From positions 41,664,001 to 41,728,000 of the forward strand of contig OZ024741.1 in assembly GCA_964016885.1 (NCBI GenBank): 64,000 bases of DNA, written 5' to 3'. Below are positions 12,045 to 24,971 of the stretch, in pieces. Every line of letters begins with the position of its first letter. The stretch's first letter is position 1. Source of the DNA: Eledone cirrhosa (taxonomy: Eukaryota). The notes beneath the pieces are model-generated. The model was not told the origin of the DNA, ran no database searches, and saw only the letters and a program-made list of their open reading frames with translations. The translations under genes and the position numbers were made by a program.

Positions 12045-13547
12045 TCATCATCATCATCATCATCAACGTTTAACGTCCGTGTTCCACGCTTGCATGGGTT
12101 TGGACGGGGGTAGTCCCACTTGAGGCAAGAGTGATTGTCTTGCTCGCATAGGACTGTCTGGCAGGTTTTCTACAGTTGCATGCCCTTCCTAACACCAACC
12201 AGATTTACAGTGTGGGTCTGGGAGGTTTTTACCGTGTTGCCTACACGGCCACATTACAGCGTGGACTGTGTGTTTTTTTGTCGTGACAACCTACACGATC
12301 TCATTTGTTTCGGCCTGGATGGTGTGGCACCAACATAACTTTACATAGAACGGGGTGGTGTGGATGGGGTGGGGTGGTGGTGGTGGGACGGGGGAGTATT
12401 TTGTTAGAGATACCTACTGGCTGTAGTAGGTTTTACTATGTATTTAGGTAAGGCGGGTCTTCTCTGTTACTGAGTACTGCCAAAGGTCTCGGTCCAGTGA
12501 CATTGTCTTGGAGAGGTGTAAGTGTGTAAGGTCGGAGTTTATCAGCTCGTCCCAGGTTTTTCTAGGTCTGCCTATTCCGTGGCTACCGTCTATCTTTATT
12601 GCCCTGCACTTTGTTATACAGGTATCGACTTTCATGCGCATCACGTGTCCATACCAACGTAGCCTTCTCTCGAGTAAACAACATCTGATCCCTCTTATTT
12701 CTAATTTTTTCCTTAGTTCGTTTATGCTTTGCCGTTCACGTATATTACTGTTACACATCCAGCGGAGCATGCAAGCTTCGTTCCTCTCTAGTCTGCGTAT
12801 ATCCTCTGCACACAATGCCCAGGTCTCACTGCCATGCAACATTGCTATTCGTATGCAGGCATCGTACAACCTGCCTTTCATTTTTAGGGAGAACCCTTTA
12901 GCAGCTAATAGTGGTATAAGCTCTCTGAACTTTTTCCAACCAGTTCTGACTCTAGCTACTGTACTTTCAGAGCACCCTCCCCCACTGCTGATTATATCAC
13001 CCAGGTAACGGAAGCTGTCCACTATTTCTATAGAGCCCTCTGCGCAATTGAAAGAGCTAGTATTTTGTGGGCACTTGCTGCTACTTATTGCACCAGAACA
13101 CCGGCCACATGTAAAATCTATGTTCTTAGTTAGCTTACCTGTGATCCCACTACATCTTTTATGCACCCATACTTTGCATTTAGGACATAAAATGGAGTTT
13201 CTACCTACGCCTTTCCTACACACCGAGCACGACCATTTCCCAGAAGGGACCGCCGCCTTATTTTCTTTCCTACAAACTAGAACTTTAGTCTTAGCCAGGT
13301 TAATTTTAAGTCCTTTTGATTCTAGGCCGTACTTCCATGTTTGGAATTTCTTCTCTAGCTCGGCCATTGATTCCGCTATGAGTGTCAGGTCATCTGCGTA
13401 TAGGAGTTCCCATGGGCAGCCGGTCTTGAACTCCTCTGTTATAGCCTGAAGGGCAATAATAAATAGTAGAGGGCTGAGAACAGAGCCCTGATGGACGCCA
13501 ACTTTTACGCTAAACTCTTCACTATATTCGTTGTTAATTCTAACCTT
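12045..13547 (-). mobile_element. RTE-clade LINE copy A, 5'-truncated (RT C-half, PHD, C-terminus, 3'UTR)
   Basis: ORF 12444-13547 with GVHQGSVLSPLLF, LLYADD, FRYLG, LHGSETW, RLRWYGH, GRPRKTW; (GAT)n tail; both ends in (TA)n. Confidence 0.97.
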
Positions 13548-13571
13548 ATATATATATATATATATACACAC

Positions 13572-13624
<53 letters not shown>

Positions 13625-13678
13625 TACATATATATATATATACAGACAGACAACCTTTTCCCCCACCCCGGAAAAAAA

Positions 13679-13714
13679 CCCCAGTTGATGGATGTGAATC
13701 CGAAATATATAGGG
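13679..13714 (+). ncRNA. Degenerate minimal hammerhead motif
   Basis: CCC-CAGUUGA-U-GGAU(GUGA)AUCC-GAAA-UAUA-UA-GGG; all stems pair but the core has two changes from CUGAUGA, so probably inactive. Confidence 0.5.
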
Positions 13715-13974
13715 ACTATTAAATCTCTCCCAAGGTAACTCTCTCTCTTGTGTTGTTATTATTATTTTTACCCTTTTACTCTTCCCTTCATTCTACACAT
13801 CTCACACATCTTATACACACCACGCATCTCAACGTACACCCACTTACATATCTCTCTTTCCACCACCGGACCTTGTTACCCAGAGATTTACCCATTTGCA
13901 TTGTCGAGGCTTCCAAATGACTTATAAATATTTACTTATTGTTCCACAATGCTTCAAGCAAACTTCAATACTCT

Positions 13975-14303
13975 CATATATATATATATATATACATATA
14001 CACACACATATACATACATACATATATACACATATATATATACACATATATATATATATACACATATACACATATATATATATATATATACATATATACA
14101 CATATATATATATACACATATATACACATATATACATGCATATATATATACACACGCATATATATATATACACATATATACACATATACATACACATATA
14201 TACACATATACATACACACATATATACACATATACATACACACATGTATATACACACATATATATATACACATATATATGCATACACACACACACACACA
14301 TAT
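13975..14303. repeat. (TA)n/(TACA)n microsatellite
   Basis: Direct reading. Confidence 0.95.
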
Positions 14304-14456
14304 AAGCATTATTTCCAAGTGAGAGGCCATGGCGTTTTTTTTCTCGTGATCAGAAATTAGAAGCTAAAAAATTACAAATGAAAAAAACAAAGACAAAACA
14401 CTTTTGAATTAAACATTATTTGATGGGAAGTGAAGCTATATAATGCAGAATAGGGC

Positions 14457-14487
<31 letters not shown>

Positions 14488-14527
14488 TGTTGAAACTGCT
14501 ATATATTGCAGTATACTGCTGTATATA

Positions 14528-14750
14528 TCATCATTTCATCATTTCATTTTACGTCCGCTTTTCCCTGCTTGCAAGGGTGGGACGGGAACTGATTCTGGCT
14601 TGATTTCTACAGCTGGATGCCCTTCCTAACACCAACCTCATTTACAGTGAGTGCTGGGTGCTTTTTTGCCGTGGCACCTCCACGACTACTTTGCAGTGGA
14701 ATGATAGGGATCCCAGTCCCTATAATCTCATTTCTACAGCTGAGTAAACT
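14528..14750 (-). mobile_element. SINE S1, head missing
   Basis: Reverse complement of the 3' part of 10471-10808. Confidence 0.88.
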
Positions 14751-14779
14751 TAGTAAAATATATTTATTAATATTGTTGT

Positions 14780-15100
14780 TATATATACTGCTATATATAT
14801 ATATAGTGCTATGTACTGCTATATACTGCTATATATATATAGTGCTATATACTGCTATACATATATAGTGCTATATACTGCTATATATATATATATATAG
14901 TGCTATATACTGTTATACATATATAGTGCTATATACTGCTATATATATATATAGTGCTATATACTGTTATATATATATATATATGCAGTGCTATATATAC
15001 TGCTATATATATATATGTAGTGCTATATACTACTATATATATATAGTGCTATATACTACTATATATATATAGTGCTATATACTGCTATATATATATATAT
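14780..15100. repeat. TA-based minisatellite with unit gtgctatatactgc(ta)n
   Basis: About ten recurrences of agtgctatatact(g/a)ct separated by variable (TA)n. Confidence 0.85.
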
Positions 15101-15199
15101 ATTATGTTTAATATGTTGTTATATAATAACTGAATACTTAATGGACCTACAGGAGAATAAACTAAACCCTAATTCATGCATCACTACTGATAATAACTT

Positions 15200-15426
15200 G
15201 TATAATGATGATCGTGGTGGTGGTGGTAGTGATGATGGCGGTGGTGGCGATGGTGGTAATGGTGTTGGTGGTGGTGATGGTAGTAGTGCGTGTGGTGATT
15301 GTGGTGATGATATATTTGGTGGTGTTGGCGATGTAGATGGTGATTGTGGTGGGAGTTATGTTGGTGTTGGTGGTGGTGTAGATGGTGGTAGTGGTAATGG
15401 TACTGGTGGTGATGGTGCTGGTGGTA
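15200..15426. repeat. (GGT/GAT)n cryptic trinucleotide repeat
   Basis: Direct reading. Confidence 0.85.
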
Positions 15427-15474
15427 AATAGACAGAATGGTTATAACATTAGGTAGTAACACTTTTAGTCCTTC

Positions 15475-15812
15475 GTAATGGGGACATGTAGGAGTCATGA
15501 CAAAAAGTGCCTACTCTACACTGTAAAGTGATCATCTCGGTGACACGACAAAAAGTGCCCACTTTACACTGTAAAGTGATCATGTGGGTGACACAACAAA
15601 AAGTGCCCACTCTACACTGTAAAGTAGTCGTGTAGGTGACATGACAAAAAGCACCCAGTACACGCTGTAAATGTTGTTGGTGTTAGGAAGGGCATCCAGC
15701 TGTAAAAATCAAGCCAAAATCAGCCCCGGGTGACCTGATTCTCTCCCAAAGGGTCAGCCTATCTTACCCATGCTAGCATGGAAAATGAGCGTTAAACTAT
15801 GATGATGATAAT
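15475..15812 (+). mobile_element. RTE 3'-UTR derivative with ~3.5 x 48-bp units
   Basis: Repeated acactgtaaagtg..acaaaaagtgccc units, then tgttggtgttaggaagggcatccagctg..cccatgctagcatggaaaatg..gatgatgat. Confidence 0.75.
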
Positions 15813-15979
15813 GTATTATGAGTTTGCCTGTGATATCATTGATACCAAGCTGTATTGGTGTTTTGTCTTTCCCATGGACAACATTGGCAGTATGGTGGAG
15901 GGAGACTTGTGTGATTAAATGACTGTTAGTCTTTCTGAAAATAAAAACATCTCATCTCTTCCGCATGTCTTCTCATTAA

Positions 15980-16505
15980 CATGTTATCACCTCAACCTGT
16001 TATCACCTCAACCTGTTATCACCTCAACATGTTATCACCTCAACCTGTTATCTCATCAACCTGTTATCTCATCAACCTGTTATCTCATCAACCTGTTATC
16101 TCATCAACCTGTTATCTCATCAACCTGTTATCTCATCAACCTGTTATCTCATCAACATGTCATCTCATCAACATGTCATCTCATCAACATGTCATCTCAT
16201 CAACATGTGTCTCTTCAACATGTCATCTCATCAACATGTCATCTCATCAACATGTGTCTCTTCAACATGTCATCTCATCAACATGTCATCTCATCAACAT
16301 GTCATCTCATCAACATGTGTCTCTTCAACATGTCATCTCATCAACATGTGTCTCTTCAACATCTCATCTCATCAACATGTCATCTCATCAACATGTCATC
16401 TCATCAACATGTCATCTCATCAACATGTCATCTCATCAACATGTATCTCTTCAACATGTCATCTCATCAAAATTTCATCTCATCCACATATATCTCCTCA
16501 ACATG
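15980..16505. repeat. 16-bp minisatellite (ctcatcaac(c/a)tgt(t/c)at)
   Basis: About 30 units drifting from cacctcaacctgttat to ctcatcaacatgtcat. Confidence 0.93.
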
Positions 16506-16848
16506 TATCTTTTTCCTATAAGACACTCTCCTGCCTCCGAACTCAAATTACTTCCTCCTATACCACAATACTACAGCCCACCCTCACATTACTTCCTCCT
16601 ATACTACAACCCACACCACATTACTTCCTCCTATCCCATAATACTACAACCCACACCACACACTGTCTTCCAATCACACATTTCCAAATCCCAACCTCCA
16701 CATCTGAAACCCATCACACATTCCTACCTTTCATCATGTATCCATATGATCCATCACACTCTCCTCCCTCCAGCCCCATACTCATGCCATCTACCAGGCA
16801 CTGTGGTATTCCATCTTTAGAAAAAGAAGTTAACATCTTCCCTAAGCC

Positions 16849-17058
16849 TTAACCCATTAGCATTTACATTAGTCTATATCTACTATTGTATTTTCACAGT
16901 AAAGACTTTATTTCACATAATATTAAAGCTATGAGATTTGGTATTATTTATTTTGAGAACAAAAACATCAGTATGAGTGGCCAGTTACAGCCGGTTTGAA
17001 CAGAAAGAAGTGAGAAAATTCTGGCTGGATATAGCTGGTTTAAATGCTAAAGGGTTAA
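16849..17058 (-). mobile_element. piggyBac-type MITE with TTAA target duplication
   Basis: TTAA-CCCATTAGCATTTA ... TAAATGCTAAAGGG-TTAA; related copies at 7842 and 57969. Confidence 0.75.
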
Positions 17059-17658
17059 CACTCATCAGACCAAAGCTTATCCCAGTGTCATTGGTGTTAA
17101 GCAACTAAGCAAACATGACTGACCACTAGATTGGACACCAGTCCATTGCAAGATTTAACCTCCAGATGCTGCTGGTACTCATTTTGAGCTAAATGAACTG
17201 GAGTACAAAAAGGCATCTGACCACCTGGTCTAGGAATCAAACTCACAACATTATGATCATGAATTCAACACCCTAACCTCTAGGCTGTACACCTTCACAG
17301 CATAACACTCCTCTATCTTATTATCCCATCTGTCTCCCATCAATTTCAAATAGAACTTACACAATGAGTAGAGATACTAAATGATAAAAATATATATTTT
17401 TTATTAAAAAATCTTCATAGGAATAATGAAAAGAAAATAACAATCACACTAGTAACTATACAAAGGTGTAGTAAAATTATGTGAAGCAGACCATGTGTAA
17501 TTAAAGAGAAGGTTTTACAGCTGGATACCCTTCCTGATGTCAACCACTAATTTAATAAATATTTATGTAACAGCTATAGCTTAAAGAAGAGGTGAAAAAT
17601 ACAAAAGAATGTAGTGATTAATAATTTAGATAAAATATTCGGTTTGATTACACACATG

Positions 17659-17695
<37 letters not shown>

Positions 17696-18222
17696 ATGTG
17701 TGCGTGCACACATATATATGCATGCAAAGACACAGCCACACATATATATATATATACACACACATGTAAAGATACATATATTGTTTAAATATTTTCATTA
17801 AAGTCATAAAAATTAAATGAAGGATGATAAATTTTCATAGAAGAGAAAGGAAAAAAATAGAAAAATTTTAATCTATAATACTGATATATTAATTGATTTT
17901 ATAATTTTCTATTACAAATAACTTTATAAAATCTATGGACTGTTCATTCTTCAAAGTTAAAGACAGGAAAGAGAATTTTCCAAAATAATTCTGTTACAAA
18001 ATACTTTATATAAGTGCAGGCAGGGCAGTGTATGTAAAAAATTGGCTTTGCAACTACATGGTTTCATTGACAGTGCCACTGTGTGATATGTTGGGTAAAT
18101 GCAAGTGTATTTTACTATAACCTCAGATTGGCCAATAATGCCATGTGAGTGAAATTAGGCAGACATAAACTGCAGGAGCCCATTGAGAACATAAAAGGGT
18201 AAAATGACCATGGGATTTGAAC

Positions 18223-18420
18223 CTAGAGAGTTCCCCTACAAGGCACAAGTCCGAGCAAGGTTGTTTGTGAAAGACCAGCAGTTACCCATGCATACCAGCC
18301 TCGTCTCTCCACGCCACCGATGATGTCCAAGGGAAAGGCAAAAACCGATACAGCTTGGCACCAGTGACATCGCAACTCATTTCTACAGCTGTGTGAACCG
18401 GAGCAACATGAAATGAAGTG
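18223..18420 (-). mobile_element. SINE fragment (different body, shared central box)
   Basis: Ends in ctcatttctacagctg..ggagcaacatgaaatgaagtg, the central domain of the S1 SINEs. Confidence 0.55.
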
Positions 18421-19789
18421 TGAATGTGTGTATATATATTGTAGTGTCATTTGGTAAAGAATATCCAAAGTTGGGAAAGCACTCAATCTGTGGGAAGAAT
18501 TGTGGTATATATATATATATATATATATTCATTACATTCTGGTGTCATATAGATACAATTGTCTCTCTGGCTGTCCCTGAGAGGCTCCAGATCCTCAAAC
18601 AGACTGAGGTTCTGATGTGTCTCACTGAAAATCTTAAATAATAATTGATATCTTTCTTTATTTGCCACAGGGGCATACAAAAATGGGACATTACAAGACG
18701 TGACGGCGAGGGTTTTACATAAAAATCATATAACTTTAACATTAATAAATAACAATAAACTATATATAATAAAATAACAATTGAAATCCCCAATAGGGGG
18801 GAACATTACTGCAGGGTTGTTTTACACCCCGTAGATAGAACAACCCTCTGTTTATCTTCCTCAACCTACAGGTTTATATACAGAGAAGGCCCATTCACTC
18901 GAGCCATTTTCACCACATTCACCCACCTAGATAGTGAAACAATTGAACCTAAATGATGCCATACTATAACAGATATCTATATATGTCCAACCCATACCAA
19001 CATGGAAAAGTGATTTATAAATAAGGATGATGACATATATATATTTGTGTGTGAGTTTGTCACAGAAAATCTTAAATAGACAGTCAGAGAAACAATTGAA
19101 CCTAAATAATGCCATAACTAGTGTAATAGATATCTATATATGTCCAGTCCATGACTGCATTGAAAAGCGATTGAGGATGAAAACGTGTTTGTGTGTGTGC
19201 ATGTGTGTTTATATCTCATAACTTAACAGTTCAACAAAAATGTGATCAATAATATAACCACCAGCCTTGAAAAAAATAGTATGTACTTAGATCAATATAA
19301 TCAACTATAAAGCAATTCCCCATCATAGTGACAGTCTAATGACTGAAAATAGTAAAATAGTGAGTGAAAAGTGCTTATTATATGTGTGTGGTATTTATCA
19401 TAATAATCATTTTTTAACACCTGCTTTCATATTAGCAATATGGCTACGAGAGATTTATAATGTTGGGATTACCAAACACAAAATTATGAATTCAAAGCTT
19501 GGCAATTATTGTGTATTATTCCTAAAAGAGATTAGCTGGAATCTAATTAGTTTAATCAAAATTAAAAAAACCTTACCACAGACATAGTTCACAAACACCT
19601 GCTCCAACACTCCTCCAAATGTTCATATAGTTTTTAATTCATTTAGAAAGATGCATTATGCAAACACTACTAAATCAAAACCTACAACAAAGGTTCTAAG
19701 CCAGAGCATTCCAATTTTTTCATGTTAGCAAAACACAATTTAAAAAAATTATATTTTTCATGACACATTAACACTTTTCAGATTGATAA

Positions 19790-21878
19790 AGGTGTTCAGG
19801 ATTGCTAGACCATGTGTCAAGGAAAACCGTGATATTGTCGGTGAGAAGTGTGTCCGTAATGATACTTGCCCTCACTGATGCTGATAAGAAGATAACCTGG
19901 AAGTGTCACTACGAGAGACTATTAAATGAGGAGAATAAGTGGGAAAAAGATAGTCTGCCCCAGATCGATCCAATAGAAGGACCAGCGGTGCAAGTTAAAG
20001 TAAGGCAATCAAAGATATGAAGACAGGCAAGGCAGCTGGGCCTTCGGAGATAGTTGCTGAGATGTTGAAGGCATCTGGAATGGTGGGACATACTATGGTC
20101 ACCCGTATAGTTAACCAAGTAATACAGAATGGGGTCAAACCAAAAGACTGGCGTAGCAGCATCATCATTAACTGCTACAAGGGTAAAGGAGATGCTCTAG
20201 ATAGAGGAAACTATAGAGGTATTAAGTTAGTTGACCAGGTCATGAAGGTCACAGAAAGAGTTATAGTGCAACTAATCAGAGAGCAAATTGATCTAGATGA
20301 AATGGAGTTTGGGTTTGTGTCAGGTAAAAGTACCACAGACGCTCTTTTCCTTGTACGACAACTACGAGAGAAGTAACTAGCTAAAAGTAAAACCCTCTAC
20401 TTAGCTTTTGTAGACCTGGAAAAAGCCTTTGACAGAGTCCCCCGCTCCATTATCTGGTGGACTCTTAGAAAACTAGGTGTAGATGAATGGCTTGTTAGAG
20501 CTATACAAGCTATGTATAATGAAACAGTCAGTAAGGTTAGAATGAATATTGTGAAGAATTTAGTGTAAAAGTTGGTGTTCATCAAGGCTCTGTCCTTATC
20601 CCCCTCCTATTTATTATTGCCCTTCAGGCTATAACAGAGGAGTTCAAGACCAGCTGCCCATGGGAACTCCTATGCGCAGATGATCTAACGCTCATAGCTG
20701 AATCAATGGCTGAACTAGAAAAGAAATTCCAAACATGGAAGCATGGCCTAGAATCAAAAGGCCTTAAAATTAACTTCTCTAAGACTAAAGTTCTAGTTTG
20801 TAGAAAGGAAAATAAGGCACAGGTACCCTCAGGGAAATGGCTTTGCTCAGTGTGTAGGAAAGGAGTAGGCAGAAATTCAATTTTATGTCCCAAATGGTTC
20901 TATAGAAATAGTAGACACTTTCCGTTACCTGGGTGACAAAATCAGCAGTGGTGGAGGGTGCTCAGAAAGTACAGTAGCCAGAGACAGAACGGGATGGAAA
21001 TAGTTAAGAGAGCTTATACCGCTGTTGGCCACAAAAGGTTTCTCTCTAAAAATGAAAGGCAGATTGTATGATGCTTGTATACGAACAGCAATGCTACATG
21101 GCAGTGAGACATGGGCATTGCGTGCAGAGGACCTGCATAGACTGGAAAGGAATGAAGCATGCATGCTCCGTTGGATGTGTAATAGTAATATACGTGAACG
21201 GAAAAGCATAAATGAACTAAGTGAGAAATTAGGAATAAGAGGGATCAGATGCTGTTTACTCGAGAGAAGACTACGTTGGTACGGTCACGTGATGCTCATG
21301 AAAGACGACAGCTGTATAAAAAAGTGCAGGGCAATCAAAATTGATGGTAGTTACGGAGTAGGTAGACCCTTACACACTTGCACCTCTCTAAGACAATGTC
21401 ACTGGACCGAGATCTTTGGCGCTACACAGTAATACAGAAGACCCTCCTTGCCTATGTAGAAAGCGAAACCTACAGTCAGTAAGCACCTCTTAACCAAATA
21501 TACACCCCAATCCACTACCCCTACTCTATCCTCCCACTCCCACCAACACCACCCTCTCTCTATAAAGTTGGTACCACAACATCCAGTCCAAATAAATGAG
21601 ATAAATGAGATCGAGATCGACATTGTGTAGGTGTCACGAGAAAAAACACACAGTCCACGCTGTAATGTGGGCGTGTAGGTAACACGGTAAAAAGTTCCCA
21701 GTTCCACACTGTAAATGTGGTTGGTGTTAGGAAGGGTATCCAGCTGTAGAAAACCTGCCAGATAGTCCTATATGAGCGAGACATGGTCAGCCGACCAACC
21801 TTGCCTCAAGTGGGACAACTCCCGTCTAACCCATGCTAGCGTGGAAAATGGACGTTAAACGCAGATGATGATGATGAT
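19790..21878 (+). mobile_element. RTE LINE copy B, older and decayed
   Basis: Fragmented frames (GKAAGPSEIV, NYRGIKL, AFVDLEKAFDRV, LHGSETW); stops, frameshifts, a ~140-bp deletion near 20895 and another near 21368; (GAT)n tail. Confidence 0.95.
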
Positions 21879-21939
21879 ATATATATATATATATATATTA
21901 TAAAGAGGAATTAAAAGAAGGTTAAAAGAGTTCCATATA

Positions 21940-22005
21940 TTTTATTATGCACATTTCAAATACAAAATCATCCTGGGACAAAAATTGTGTTCTCATCAGA
22001 TAAAA
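21940..22005 (-). ncRNA. Type-I hammerhead motif with intact core
   Basis: Minus strand UUUUAU-CUGAUGA-GAACACAA(loop)UUGUAUUU-GAAA-UGUGCA-UA-AUAAAA; 6-bp stem I overlapping AAUAAA; its 5' half is duplicated in inverted form at 22067-22097. Confidence 0.7.
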
Positions 22006-22299
22006 TAAGGTAACATGATAAGAGGCATAATAGCACTTGTTTACAGGAAAGTGCTAAGTCTACATATTTATCTGATGAGAACACAATTTTTGTCCCAACT
22101 GTTGAGTGCTACTTATCTGATATATGCATAGTTTTATTGTTCTACAATATTACTCACCTTCTACATATATATATATATATATTTATTAAAATAACAGATT
22201 AAAGCAAAGAATCGCTGCTTTCACCATCAACAGGATTTTAGTCTTCACATTTATTATTAGTGCTATTATATATATATAGAATTATATAGGTATATAATA

Positions 22300-22330
<31 letters not shown>

Positions 22331-22332
<2 letters not shown>

Positions 22333-22444
22333 GAAGTAAGACCCCGTCGGGGTCTTACTTACTCCTATTTCCCACTCTACTACCCTAAGTATTGAGTACT
22401 TTGGTGCGTTATGGTCCACCTGGTTCCTTACCACTTTTCCCTCG

Positions 22445-22447
<3 letters not shown>
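22331..22447 (+). mobile_element. Fold-back/HHR-half element, family P1, copy 1
   Basis: aagtaagacccc-gtc-ggggtcttactt palindrome plus conserved ~80-bp tail (tttcccactctactaccctaag...ggttccttaccac); in (TA)n. Confidence 0.8.
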
Positions 22448-22478
<31 letters not shown>

Positions 22479-22627
22479 TCCCCTAAAGGTAAATATCAAC
22501 AACTATGCCATTATGAGGAAACAGAATCCTAGATGTGATCCTTATATAATATAAAGCTGAGAGCTGGATTATCTTTAAAAATACCAGATTATATTATCTT
22601 GGCAAAACTAACAATGGGTTTTCTGTT

Positions 22628-23455
22628 TACTGATGTTGTTGGCGGTGGTGGTGATGTTAGTGTTGATGATGGTGATGATACAGTTGCTGTTGTTGATGGT
22701 GGTGATGGTGATGTTAATGGTGTCGTTTTTGGTGATGGTGGTGATGGTGTTATGTTGTAGGTGGTCGTGGTGATAGTGGTGATGCTGTTAGTGTTGTTGT
22801 TGTTGGTGATTTTGTTAGTGTTGGTGGTGGTGATGCTGTTGGTGTTGTTGTTGGTGATGATGGTGATGCTGTTAGTATTGTTGTTGTTGGTGATTTTGTT
22901 AGTGTTGGTGGTGGTGGTGGTGGTGATGATGTTGTTGTTGGTGATGATGGTGATGCTGTTAGTATTGTTGTTGTTGGTGATTTTGTTAGTGTTGGTGGTG
23001 GTGGTGGTGGTGATGATGTTGTTGGTGATGATGGTGATGCTGTTAGTATTGTTGTTGTTGGTGATTTTGTTAGTGTTGGTGGTGGTGGTGGTGGTGATGA
23101 TGTTGTTGTTGGTGATGATGGTGATGCTGCTAGTATTGTTGTTGTTGGTGATTTTGTTAGTGTTGGTGGTGGTGATGCTGTTGGTAATCCTGTTAGTGTC
23201 GTTGGTGATGGTGGTGATGCTGTTGGTGGTGATGTTGCTGCTGCTGTTTATAGTGATGGTGGTGGCAGTGGTGATGCTACTGGTGTTGATATTGTTATTG
23301 GAGGTGTTGATGTTGCTGCTGCTGTTGTTCACAATGGTGGTGGTGGTAGTGATAGTGATGGTGGTGGTGGTGGTGGCAATGTTTATTTGGTGGTGGTAGT
23401 GGTGGTGTTGTCGTTGGTGGTGTTATTTATTGATGCTGGTGGTGTTTATTTGGTG
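22628..23455. repeat. (GGT/TGT/GAT) compound array with ~87-90-bp higher-order units
   Basis: Repeated ggtgattttgttagtgttggtgg..gatgatggtgatgctgttagtattg blocks. Confidence 0.9.
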
Positions 23456-24102
23456 TAATTTCCTGAAAAACTTAGGATTAGTTTGAATTGTTGACATGAG
23501 GAAAGTCACTTACAGTCAAGGAAGACATGTCTAAAATAAGAAAGTAATGTAAAAGATAGCAGCAGCAGCAGCAACAGCAAGGGATGATTAAAGAATCCCA
23601 GAGAATATTTAAAACATTCTTTCTTTTAATGCAAACAGAAAGATACTTAATACATTAAGGAATATTTTAATCCTCTTTTCCTATATATGCATGGACTATA
23701 ACTCCTTGTTGAGTCATAGGAGCACTGCCATGACAGTGTTTCCTAGGTATTATAAACTTGGTATTATAAACAGCCAATTTCTTCCAGAAGAGTGAGAGCA
23801 ATAGAGATGAAGATATAGAAGAAGAATCAACACTAGTCAATGGATTGGTACATCTTTTTTATCAACCTCAAAAGGCAAAGCTGACTTCAGCAGGATTTGA
23901 ACTCAGAACACAGAGAACCAGAACAAATACTGAAAAGTATTCTAGCCAATATTCTAATGGCTCAGCAAATTCACTGCTTCACTATCTTCCTTTACAAAAT
24001 ACTAACACACACACACACACACATATATACATATGCATACACACATTCTAATGGGTCTCTGAAACTTGAATGGATGAGCTCAGAGAAAACATAGCCTAAG
24101 AG

Positions 24103-24265
24103 AAATGACTTAGTGGTTAGAGCATTGGGCTTACAATCGAAAGGTTGTGAGTTCAATTCTTGGACCGGATGATGTGTTGTTTCCTTGAGCAAGACACTTT
24201 ATTTCATGTTGCTCGAGTTTACTCAGCTGTAGAAATGAGATGATAGGACTGGGGTCCCTATCATT
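24103..24265 (+). mobile_element. SINE S1 head and central part
   Basis: tgacttagtggttagagcattgggc..gagttcaattc..ccttgagcaagacac. Confidence 0.8.
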
Positions 24266-24351
24266 AAATTACCCAAGACACCTCCAACGAGATATACTTG
24301 GAGGAGGCCAGCAAAATCTGCATAGGTGTGAGCTGTCACACACACACACAA

Positions 24352-24478
24352 GCGAGAAGGATGCACTGGTACAGACATATAGTGCCTATGTATGAAGATT
24401 GTTGCATTGTGTGAAGAAGTACCAGGAGTTTCATGTGAAAGGAAACTGTGAAAGAGAAAAACCAAGAAAGACCATGCA
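24352..24478 (+). pseudogene. Decayed RTE C-terminal fragment
   Basis: RRMHWYRHIV..VKKYQEFHVKGNCEREKPRKT resembles RRLRWYGHV..GRPRKTW. Confidence 0.5.
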
Positions 24479-24765
24479 GTATTTGTTCTGACTCTGTACA
24501 TCACCTTTCTTTATTTCATTCTTCCAGTCACTTCTATGCAAAAGATAGTTCTTTATGTCTTCCTCCTCACTCAATCTTTTCTATATTTCATCTACTTGAC
24601 ACCCACCTCATGCAGTGTCGCTCTGCCAAACACTGGCTGCTGGTCTCTGAGGCATTTTTGTCCATCACTGTCTTTGACAGCATTTGGCTGTTTAACAGCT
24701 GTTCTAGTGATGAGTTTTCTCATTTACACACACACACACATACACATATATATATATATGAAAGC

Positions 24766-24946
24766 AGGAAAAAATGACTTCACTTGTAGTTGGTATTCTA
24801 TAATAATTTAATTTTATAATTTGACAATTTTCTAATAGCAAAACTATAAAATCAAATTATTATAGAATACCAACTACAAGTGAAGTCATTTTTTTCCTTC
24901 TTTTTCAAATATACCTAACTGTACCAAGGATCTCACACATTTCCCA
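24766..24946 (+). repeat. Fold-back element: ~53-bp inverted arms plus ~50-bp unpaired tail
   Basis: 24766-24818 is the near-perfect reverse complement of 24845-24898; flanked by TA/CA tracts. Confidence 0.8.
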
Positions 24947-24971
24947 ATATATATATATATATATATATATA

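Noticed and set aside
18554-18598. Possible hammerhead relic on the minus strand (UUGAGGA-UCUGG..CCAGA-GAGA-CAAUUG-UA)
   Set aside because: Both core boxes are mutated and stem I does not pair; suggestive only
18936-19190. ~150-bp diverged tandem duplication
   Set aside because: Real but old and ending in decayed RTE stubs; no sign of function
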